This document shows positions 56,518-64,000 of a stretch of 64,000 nucleotides of DNA, in pieces; positions within the stretch are counted from its first letter, which is position 1, and each line of letters begins with the position of its first letter. The notes beneath the pieces are model-generated. The model was given only the letters and a program-made list of their open reading frames with translations, was not told where the DNA came from and did not search any database. The position numbers and the translations under genes are program-made. Source of the stretch: Candidatus Cloacimonadota bacterium (GTDB lineage Bacteria; Cloacimonadota; Cloacimonadia; JGIOTU-2); the NCBI GenBank assembly GCA_049903315.1, contig JBNGBT010000012.1, forward strand, positions 1 through 64,000. The letters are read 5' to 3'.

Positions 56518-57728
56518 GAGTGTATATCTCTTATAGCATCGATGATTTGAGCAAGTTTTTTATGTGGTCCAACTTCGTGGACTCTGATTATATGTGCCCC
56601 CTGCATAATTGCATATGCATGAGCACCAAGTGTTCCTTCGAGACGTTCTTCTTTTTCAGTTTTCAGGAGCCAGCCGATGAAGCTTTTATTTGAACATCCT
56701 ATAAGCACGGGCTTATCAAGACATCTGAACTCAACAAGTTTATGTATGATCTCAAGATTATCTTCAATTCTCTTTCCGAATCCAATTCCGGGATCGATTA
56801 TGATTTGTGTTGCAGGGATATTTGTCTTCTCAGCAATCGATATGGATTTTGATAAATATTGAAGTATCTCCTCTATCACATCATCGTAGGTCGGATCTTT
56901 TTGCATGTCTCTGGGTGTACCCTTTATGTGCATAACTACAACCGCGACATCATGAAACTGTGCAATTATCTCTGCCATGTGAGGATCAAATTGCAATCCG
57001 CTGATGTCGTTCACCATTCGGACCCCTTCATCAAGCGCTGCTTTGGCAACTTCGGCTTTATATGTGTCGATAGAAAGTGGAATATCAAATCTTTGCACTG
57101 CTTTTGAAATGATTGGCATAACACGATCTAACTCTTCCTCAATATTTACCTTTTCAGAAAATGGGCGTGTGGATTCCCCTCCGATATCAATAATATCTGC
57201 GCCTTCGTTTACCATTTTTTCAATCTGAAAAAGCGCTGCATCAAGAGAATTATATTTTCCGCCATCATAGAAAGAGTCCGGGGTAATATTGAGAACTCCC
57301 ATAATATGAGTTCTGTTCAGAGTCAAAGTGTGATCTCCTGCTTTTAGCGTGTATGGTATCTTTCTTTCCTCAATCTCGATAAGTTTTTGTAGACGTTTGA
57401 TTATTTGAGGTATCTCAAAAATATCCTGAAAAGAGAGCTTCTTCACAAGATTATGGAGTAGTTTCAGATTGCCAAGAATAATGACATCAGATCTTTCTAC
57501 TGCACCATTCACTACTCCACGGGATACTGCTGCATCTCCTCCGATACTAAGCATATCCTGCTTGATGATATTTGCTGCTCCCAGTTTTAGGTTTTTCAGC
57601 TTAATTGCAAGGCAGTGGGATTTTTCATACATTGACTCTACTCCCTGGGAGGTAACGCCAATACGTCTGAGCTCGGCAATAGAATCATCAGCTCGTCTCA
57701 ATGAAAGAATTCTATCCATCTTTCGCAT
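56514..57728 (-). CDS. folP: Dihydropteroate synthase with N-terminal extension
   Basis: MGVLNITPDSFYDGG, DIGGESTRP, SIDTYK, NDISG, DPGIGFGK, IRVHEV. Start ATG 57728 or 57719. Confidence 0.93.
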   Translation of the reverse strand: MRKMDRILSLRRADDSIAELRRIGVTSQGVESMYEKSHCLAIKLKNLKLGAANIIKQDMLSIGGDAAVSRGVVNGAVERSDVIILGNLKLLHNLVKKLSFQDIFEIPQIIKRLQKLIEIEERKIPYTLKAGDHTLTLNRTHIMGVLNITPDSFYDGGKYNSLDAALFQIEKMVNEGADIIDIGGESTRPFSEKVNIEEELDRVMPIISKAVQRFDIPLSIDTYKAEVAKAALDEGVRMVNDISGLQFDPHMAEIIAQFHDVAVVVMHIKGTPRDMQKDPTYDDVIEEILQYLSKSISIAEKTNIPATQIIIDPGIGFGKRIEDNLEIIHKLVEFRCLDKPVLIGCSNKSFIGWLLKTEKEERLEGTLGAHAYAIMQGAHIIRVHEVGPHKKLAQIIDAIRDIHS

Positions 57729-57733
57729 CCTAT

Positions 57734-57761
57734 AAAGAAAGCCCACAGATGAATGTGGGCT
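57734..57761 (-). terminator. Hairpin/terminator between the aminotransferase gene and folP
   Basis: Minus strand AGCCCACA-ttcatc-TGTGGGCT-ttcttt. Confidence 0.55.
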
Positions 57762-57783
57762 GTATTTAAAATTATTTCACGGT

Positions 57784-58998
57784 CTATTTTATATGTTCTT
57801 TAATAACTGTTGCAAGGCGTTTTACACCTTCGACAATTTGAGCTTCGGTGGCATAAGAAAAGTTTATTCTCATGGAATCATGCCCGGAGTCATCACAATG
57901 AAATGCAGAACCGATCACATAGGCGACATTTTTGTCGACAGCCTTATAAAACAGTTCGTCAGTATCAATACACATATGCGCAGGGACTCTCAAAAAGAGG
58001 AAAAGACCACCTTCTGGCTTCGTCCACGTTACACCTTCGGGCATATACTTTTCAAATTCTTCCAGCATAATATCACGCTTTCTGCGATACATATGCTTGA
58101 TCTTTTCAATATTCTTCTCAAGATATCCTTTTTCCATGAATCTGCCAACTATGCGTTGCGAGAAAGTTGGCGGGCATAGATCGGTTGATTGTTTTGCAAC
58201 AACGAGTTTTGTGATCACTTCTGGAGGTGCCAAAATCCAGCCAATTCTAAAACCAGGAGCAAATATTTTTGAAAACGTACCCAGTAAAATAACTCGTTCT
58301 TCTTTATCCAAACTATATATAGTCGGAACAGGTTCACCCTCAAAGCGTAGCTCACGATATGGACTATCCTCCAGAATAATAAGATTAAACTCATTTGCAA
58401 GATCGAGAATCTCGTATCGTCGCTTTAAGCTCATGGTCATACCTGCAGGATTCTGAAAATCGGGAACAATATAGATGAACTTTGGTTTATTGCCGCTCTC
58501 ATTAAGCACTTTCAGTTCTTGTCGAAGTAATATAGAGCTTTTCCCTTCTTCATCTAATGGAACTCCGATCATCTCAGCACCATAAGCATTGAATGCACCA
58601 AGTCCCCCTACGTAGGATGGGAGCTCAACAATTATGGGATCACCCGGATCTATAAAAATTTTTGCAACAAGATCAAGTCCCTGTTGGGATGATGTTGTCA
58701 CAAGCAGGTTTTCACTCTTGACATCCATGCCATTTCGGCTTGCGTGTTTTAACAGTTGTTCTCTGAGTACAGGATCTCCTTCGGTTGCACTATATTGAAG
58801 CGCTACTTTTCCTTCATTGTCCATAACTTCATTTACAATCTCCTTCACTTCTTTTATGGGAAATGAATCGGGTGAAGGAAGACCTCCGGCAAAAGATATT
58901 ATTTCTGGCTTTGCAGTTAATTTTAAAAGTTCACGAATGACTGATTTTTTCATTCTTTTCGAGTTTATGGAAAAGAGTTCCTCGAAATTTAAAGCCAT
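57784..58998 (-). CDS. Class I/II PLP aminotransferase (LysN/ARO8-like)
   Basis: SVIRELLK, ISFAGGLP, ALQYS, PDFQNP, EDSPY, TFSKIFAPGFRIGW, PEGGLF. Start ATG 58998 with GGAG RBS. Confidence 0.88.
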   Translation of the reverse strand: MALNFEELFSINSKRMKKSVIRELLKLTAKPEIISFAGGLPSPDSFPIKEVKEIVNEVMDNEGKVALQYSATEGDPVLREQLLKHASRNGMDVKSENLLVTTSSQQGLDLVAKIFIDPGDPIIVELPSYVGGLGAFNAYGAEMIGVPLDEEGKSSILLRQELKVLNESGNKPKFIYIVPDFQNPAGMTMSLKRRYEILDLANEFNLIILEDSPYRELRFEGEPVPTIYSLDKEERVILLGTFSKIFAPGFRIGWILAPPEVITKLVVAKQSTDLCPPTFSQRIVGRFMEKGYLEKNIEKIKHMYRRKRDIMLEEFEKYMPEGVTWTKPEGGLFLFLRVPAHMCIDTDELFYKAVDKNVAYVIGSAFHCDDSGHDSMRINFSYATEAQIVEGVKRLATVIKEHIK

Positions 58999-59158
58999 AT
59001 TCAACTCCATATTTGTTTTTTTGTATTCATCATATATTTTTTCAATTGCTGTCAAGTTAAATTCTTTAGATTTTACATTGAATAAATCAAGTAGTAAAAT
59101 TGTAATTCCAAACCGTCGTTCTGGCAATTATTTTAGGCAGAGATGCATGAGTCTTTGA

Positions 59159-59932
59159 TTATTTCTTGAATAAAATTTTATAAAGCTCAATCATCCCAAA
59201 GATCAGGCATACAAAACCTAGGATCAATTTTGCCGGATCTGCAAGTGGATAATGCGTGTTATATAAGAAAAGCAGATCGACTGTACAAATCAGGAGAACA
59301 ATGCCATAAATGATTTGGGAGGTTCGGGAATATCCCCAGCGCGTTTTGTCCGCAAGTGACACACCAACCCAAGCACTGAACCAGCCAAGAATCGCACCTC
59401 CAAGTACATCTGCAGGCCAATGCGCTCCAACGGCAATGCGCGAGATACCTACCAGAAATGCAAATATAATACTCAAAATATAAATTGAATTCTTGCGAAA
59501 TGAAAAAGCGATCACTCCCATTAAGGTAAAGATCGTGGTTGTATGCCCCGATGGGAATGCATGTCTTGTGAGTCGTCTTCCTATGATGTGGAATGTTTCT
59601 GGTGTAAGCACCCCAGGAGGACGAGGAATATCCATGATCCTCTTCGTTGTGTGCAGAATGATCATATATACTATTGATGCAATAAGCACACTCCAGATGA
59701 TATCCGGTCGCTTCTTTAGAAAAGGGAAAAGAAGCACTGCTGCAAAAAGCCCGTCACCAAAGAGTGTGAAAATTGCCCAGAACCTGTCGCCAGAGAATGT
59801 GTGAGCCTTATTGAAAATCATAAAAAGTTGTGTATTAATACCCGTGAGATGGATCACCGCTAGGAAGATAACAAAAAGAAAAAGGGGCGACCACACCCAG
59901 GGATCTTTAAAAGATGGAGCACATTTTTTCAT
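59159..59932 (-). CDS. PAP2 family membrane phosphatase
   Basis: K.....PRP, FPSGH, SRIAVGAHWPADV. Start ATG 59932. Confidence 0.88.
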   Translation of the reverse strand: MKKCAPSFKDPWVWSPLFLFVIFLAVIHLTGINTQLFMIFNKAHTFSGDRFWAIFTLFGDGLFAAVLLFPFLKKRPDIIWSVLIASIVYMIILHTTKRIMDIPRPPGVLTPETFHIIGRRLTRHAFPSGHTTTIFTLMGVIAFSFRKNSIYILSIIFAFLVGISRIAVGAHWPADVLGGAILGWFSAWVGVSLADKTRWGYSRTSQIIYGIVLLICTVDLLFLYNTHYPLADPAKLILGFVCLIFGMIELYKILFKK

Positions 59933-60035
59933 AACTCTAAATATATTATTGAAAATTTTTTGGCAACGTTTTCCGAGAATGTTGACATTCTTATAAACAA
60001 ATAATAAGCAGAATAATAATAAAAAGCAGGTTCTG

Positions 60036-61529
60036 ATGAAAAAAACAGCAGCTTCAATCTTAGATATTTTCAAAGATAAAACAGCACTACTCATTCTGGG
60101 TATTGGCTTCATTATTCGGATTGTTGCAAGTATTTTTGTCTCACCGGGTATCGACGAAGCATATTACGGCGTATGTTCATTCTTCCCTGCATGGGGTTTT
60201 TTTGACCATCCCCCGGTCGTTGCCGTGACAGCAGGATTAGGAAGGTGGTTGAGTAGCTCTTTTTCGACATTAAGTTTGCGCTTCGGGGCAATCTTTCTCT
60301 TTATCGTATCGGCAATTTTGATGTATTATATTGTTCAAAGTTTGTTCGATCGAAAAGCTGCAATTTTTTCACTCCTCTTTCTGCATACAATCCCCTATTT
60401 TTTTGTTGGCATGGGAGCATTTGTCATTCCGGACAATGCACTCGGTGTCTTCTGGTTACTCTTTATCCTCAGTATAATGAAAATTCATCAAACTAAAAAG
60501 GGAGTGTGGTTCCTTCTTTCCGGAGTGAGTCTCGGATTTGCAATGCTATCCAAATATCATGCAATTTTAATTCTTGCAAGCATTGGTTTTTGCTTGATCG
60601 CTTTCAAGGAATGGCGAAGGTTCTGGAAAAGTCCATTTCTGTATTTTGGACTCATCATTGCAGGTTTGATATTCCTTCCAAATATACTCTGGAATGCACA
60701 GCATGAGTGGGTTTCCTATGTCTATCAGTTTGGCAAAGGAGTGGGTCGGCACAGCCTGTCTTTTACGAAATTCTACCAGGGAGTGCTTGTTCAGGCAGCC
60801 TACCTGTTGCCGTGGATCATGGTCATTCTTATTATGAGTGTGATAAAAACTATCGAGAAAAATGATCAAAAGTATCGCTGGCTGCTTCCCTTTGCACTTT
60901 TCCCGATTGGCATTTTTACACTTATCGGTGCAACCCAGCAGATTCTTCCCCATTGGCCCATGCCCGGGTACCTTGCTGCGATCATTCTCACCTGCGGATG
61001 GATGATCACGTGGAGAAAGCCGGCTGTGAAATGGACGTTCTGGAGTACCGGCATTGTGACTGTTGTTCTTCTAGTTGTGATCGTGATACATTCCATTACA
61101 GGATTTTTAAACCTCGGCGTGAAACTTGACCTCACGCTCGAGGGATACGGCTGGGGAAAAGTTATTGATGAACTCGAAAATCGTGAGTTATTGAACGAGG
61201 ACACATTTCTTTTTACTCATAAATACATTACAGGCGGCGAACTTGGTTATGCAGCTCAAAAGAAGTATCCGGTTGCGGTTTTCGATGAGGGAAGTGCACA
61301 TCATTTTGCGTACTGGACGCCGATGGATTCTCTCATTGGTCGGGATGCCATTTTTGTCATGCATCCCCGATATACAACAAATCCTGAAACTCGATATTCG
61401 GAATATTTCGAAGAGATACTTCCCCTCAAAGGTGTGATGATTTATCGCAATGGGAAGTATGAAATGACGTATAATCTGTGGCTTTGTAAAAATTTACAGA
61501 AACACTACCCGCTGGAGTACGGACCATAA
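60036..61529 (+). CDS. GT-C (ArnT/GT39/GT83-like) membrane glycosyltransferase
   Basis: DEAYY, FDHPP, PD, LSKY, PNILWN, HW; many TMs. Confidence 0.85.
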   Translation: MKKTAASILDIFKDKTALLILGIGFIIRIVASIFVSPGIDEAYYGVCSFFPAWGFFDHPPVVAVTAGLGRWLSSSFSTLSLRFGAIFLFIVSAILMYYIVQSLFDRKAAIFSLLFLHTIPYFFVGMGAFVIPDNALGVFWLLFILSIMKIHQTKKGVWFLLSGVSLGFAMLSKYHAILILASIGFCLIAFKEWRRFWKSPFLYFGLIIAGLIFLPNILWNAQHEWVSYVYQFGKGVGRHSLSFTKFYQGVLVQAAYLLPWIMVILIMSVIKTIEKNDQKYRWLLPFALFPIGIFTLIGATQQILPHWPMPGYLAAIILTCGWMITWRKPAVKWTFWSTGIVTVVLLVVIVIHSITGFLNLGVKLDLTLEGYGWGKVIDELENRELLNEDTFLFTHKYITGGELGYAAQKKYPVAVFDEGSAHHFAYWTPMDSLIGRDAIFVMHPRYTTNPETRYSEYFEEILPLKGVMIYRNGKYEMTYNLWLCKNLQKHYPLEYGP

Positions 61530-61632
61530 AAAAATAGCACACAGATCAACACAGATTTATGCTGATAGAATTTTATAATTAAATGGTTTTGTGAATTCTT
61601 GTAAAGCGTGATTTCATATTAATCACTTATTC

Positions 61633-61703
61633 CTCATTACCAAGCCCCAGCTTGGTAATGCACGACAAATCAAACCATTCCCAAACTGGGGTTTGGGAAC
61701 GAG
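61633..61703. repeat. Inverted pair of 28-nt REP-like palindromes (BIME-like)
   Basis: ctcattaccaagccccagcttggtaatg and cattcccaaactggggtttgggaacgag, with compensatory stem changes. Confidence 0.75.
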
Positions 61704-61735
61704 ATGTTCTGCTTATGACAGACAATTGATATAGA

Positions 61736-62287
61736 CTATACACCTACTGAAAATTCCATGCCTTTTAAAAGCCATTTTGTTGTAGATTTATCTAAAGGTT
61801 CTCCCCTTCCTTTAAAACCTCTTAAATCCCCAAATGGTTTAAATCCGGCTGTTTTTTCCATTTCACTATTTAATAGTTTTGCATAATCTAACACCTCAGC
61901 GATTGCTTTTCTAATATCAGAATCAGTTACAATTTTTCCATGAATTACTTGGTCACGGATTTTTTCTGCGGATTGTATTTTTGATAATGTATCTTCTGAC
62001 ATTTTATGACCAAAAATTTTCTTAAATAGAGCTTGAAAACCGTCTCTAGTTAAATGGTGTTTATTTATAACATTCGAAGTAATTTCTGAATTAGCCCTAT
62101 GAAGTTTCACAACGCCACAATATAATACTTTATTCTGTGCTTGTTCTACCTTGAAAAACATATATGCGAGTGCTATTTGATTTTGAAATTTCTCGACTAG
62201 TGCTGGTAAATCAGAAAAATATTTTTTTATTTCATCTGAACAATTTTCATAATATTTTAAAACCGCTTTATAACTAGGCATATTCAT
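61736..62287 (-). CDS. AT-rich hypothetical protein with HEPN-like R-x4-H motif
   Basis: All-helical appearance; EKIRDQVIHG; AAGGAG RBS; noticeably more AT-rich than its neighbours. Confidence 0.6.
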   Translation of the reverse strand: MNMPSYKAVLKYYENCSDEIKKYFSDLPALVEKFQNQIALAYMFFKVEQAQNKVLYCGVVKLHRANSEITSNVINKHHLTRDGFQALFKKIFGHKMSEDTLSKIQSAEKIRDQVIHGKIVTDSDIRKAIAEVLDYAKLLNSEMEKTAGFKPFGDLRGFKGRGEPLDKSTTKWLLKGMEFSVGV

Positions 62288-62517
62288 TTTTGATGATTCT
62301 CCTTATAAAGCATAACATACAATATACTGCTTAAATTCGCAGTATAGTATCAATCCGAAATTAATTAAAATACTATTCTTATTTTCGATTAATACCACTT
62401 TTCTGTTATACTGTTTGAATTCAAATTTGTAAACTTTTTATACTTCGTTCTTTTTCATTATTAATCTTGTTTTATACTATAATTTATTTTCTTCACTACT
62501 CATAAATCTGCACCTGT

Positions 62518-63063
62518 CTAAAATCCCAGTTCCTTCTCAATACCTGCCATTGCCTGCAAGGTGTGTTCTATGAAATCCTCAAGTGATATACCCAATTCTT
62601 CACATGACTGAATCTGCTCCCTGTTTGCACCTGCTGCAAAACGCTTTTCTTTAAATCTTCTCATCACAAAATCAGTATCCAATGAAGATATTTTTTTATC
62701 AGGATGCATGAGCGTTGCCGCAATGATGAGTCCGGTCAGCGAATCAACTGCATAAAGCACCTTATCCATATTAGATCTTCGCTCCACATGACCAGGATGC
62801 GCTTCGATCGCATAGAGGATTTTCTCGTCGAGTCCTTTGTCTTTGAGTAATTCCACGGAATCCTTCCCGTGTCGTGCAAAATTATCAACCGTACTTTCAT
62901 AATCGAGGTCATGAAGGAGTCCGGCAAGTGCCCACATCTCTTCATCTTCTCCGAAATATTCTGCGAAATGTGCCATTGCAGCTTCAACTGCCAGACAGTG
63001 CTTTTGCAAATTTCTGTTCTTCAAATGCTGTTTTAGTAATACGTATGCTTCTTCTCGTGTCAT
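62518..63063 (-). CDS. HDIG/HD-domain phosphohydrolase
   Basis: KHCLAVE, GLLHDLD, IEAH, LYAVDSLTG, FAAGANR. Confidence 0.88.
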   Translation of the reverse strand: MTREEAYVLLKQHLKNRNLQKHCLAVEAAMAHFAEYFGEDEEMWALAGLLHDLDYESTVDNFARHGKDSVELLKDKGLDEKILYAIEAHPGHVERRSNMDKVLYAVDSLTGLIIAATLMHPDKKISSLDTDFVMRRFKEKRFAAGANREQIQSCEELGISLEDFIEHTLQAMAGIEKELGF

Positions 63064-63076
63064 AAATTATCCTTTT

Positions 63077-64000
63077 CTATAAATATTTTGCAGCCATATC
63101 CGCAAGCACTGAACGCTCCCCTTTCACCAGCGTGACATGACCGGAAAGTCTTTCATCTTTGAATTTATCCACAACTATGCTCAAGCCATTACTTTCAGAA
63201 TCCAGGTATGGAATATCAATCTGGTACGGGTCGCCGGTAAGCACCACTTTTGTGCGGTCTCCGGCTCGCGTGATGATCGTTTTCATTTCGTGAGGAGTAA
63301 GATTCTGCGCCTCATCAACTATCATGAACTGGTCCGGCAGACTTCGTCCACGAATATATGTCAAAGGTTCTAGTTCAATAAATCCATACTCAAGAAACTC
63401 CTCCAGAGAAGAGGTTCGTTTCCTACCGAATTTCCCTTTTTCCTTTTTGTCTTCCTCTACTTCTCTACTCTGCAGAAGGATTTCCATATTATCATAAATG
63501 GGTTGCATCCAGGGATTGTATTTTTCTTTCTTTGTGCCCGGCAAATATCCAATATCTTTGCCAAGTGGAAATATCGGACGGGTCACAATGAGCTTTGTAT
63601 ATTTCTCTTCCTGAATAGTTTTCTGCAAGCCTGCAGCAAGGGCAAGAAGAGTTTTTCCTGTGCCTGCTATGCCTATAAGCGAAACAATCTTTATCGAGTC
63701 ATCAAGAAGGATGTCAAACGCAGCTTTCTGTTCGGGATTGAGTGCTTTCACTCCCCAGATCGGCTCGTTCTTATAAAACTGCAAAGGGCGTACCACATCT
63801 TCATCTTTATGATATTTTGCAATCGCATTATGATGAAATTTGTCTTTTTCATACAGCAGTAAAAATTGGTTGTAGCATGTCAGCCCAAAGGAATTTTTTA
63901 CTTCGGACTGCTCTTTGAATCTTTCAACCTCAGCACCACTCACTTCTTTTTTTAGGACACCTGTGTAAAGTTCTTCAAAATTGATCGCTTCAGCTTCATA
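63077..64000 (-). CDS. PhoH family ATPase (probably PIN-PhoH type); 5' end lies beyond the window
   Basis: GIAGTGKT, IGYLPG, YIRGRS, DEAQN, TGDPYQID, GERS; frame open to the window edge. Confidence 0.88.
   Translation of the reverse strand, partial: YEAEAINFEELYTGVLKKEVSGAEVERFKEQSEVKNSFGLTCYNQFLLLYEKDKFHHNAIAKYHKDEDVVRPLQFYKNEPIWGVKALNPEQKAAFDILLDDSIKIVSLIGIAGTGKTLLALAAGLQKTIQEEKYTKLIVTRPIFPLGKDIGYLPGTKKEKYNPWMQPIYDNMEILLQSREVEEDKKEKGKFGRKRTSSLEEFLEYGFIELEPLTYIRGRSLPDQFMIVDEAQNLTPHEMKTIITRAGDRTKVVLTGDPYQIDIPYLDSESNGLSIVVDKFKDERLSGHVTLVKGERSVLADMAAKYL

Noticed and set aside
62310..62411. Canonical integron attC site
   Set aside because: R boxes are plausible but the L boxes do not pair at canonical spacing, and there is no intI; kept only as a cassette-like hint in the findings.

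Overview
A gene-dense, AT-rich bacterial chromosomal window with almost all genes on the minus strand. Several secreted proteins with a C-terminal FlgD-Ig/T9SS-like sorting domain (PNPF...YNIKGQ.V...WDG.D..G..V..GVYFYK), a gingipain-like C25 peptidase and anaerobic amino-acid/purine enzymes point to an anaerobic diderm, most plausibly Cloacimonadota (inference). It contains: a LamG secreted protein running off the left end; a long run of redox and transport genes; a purine-catabolism-like cluster (fold-II PLP enzyme, allantoinase-like, SsnA-like, xanthine dehydrogenase Mo and FAD subunits) interrupted by tonB-exbB-exbD; a WcaJ-like sugar transferase; tRNA-Lys(CTT); an IS200-type HUH transposase with REP-like ends; mtaD, gcvT, gcvH; a GGDEF-pyk-GGDEF operon; rocD plus split LKR/SDH saccharopine genes; folP-cdaA-coaE; a PAP2/ArnT-like pair; an AT-rich HEPN-like gene; and a partial PhoH gene. 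I found no CRISPR array, prophage, retroelement or rRNA. Most notable: repeat elements inserted in frame into the same loop of two sorting domains, a STAS-PLP decarboxylase fusion behind tRNA-Lys, an Ntn-hydrolase fused to an outer-membrane beta-barrel, a cassette-like HEPN islet and a probable ATT start codon. All product calls come from motif recognition by eye; no database search was run.
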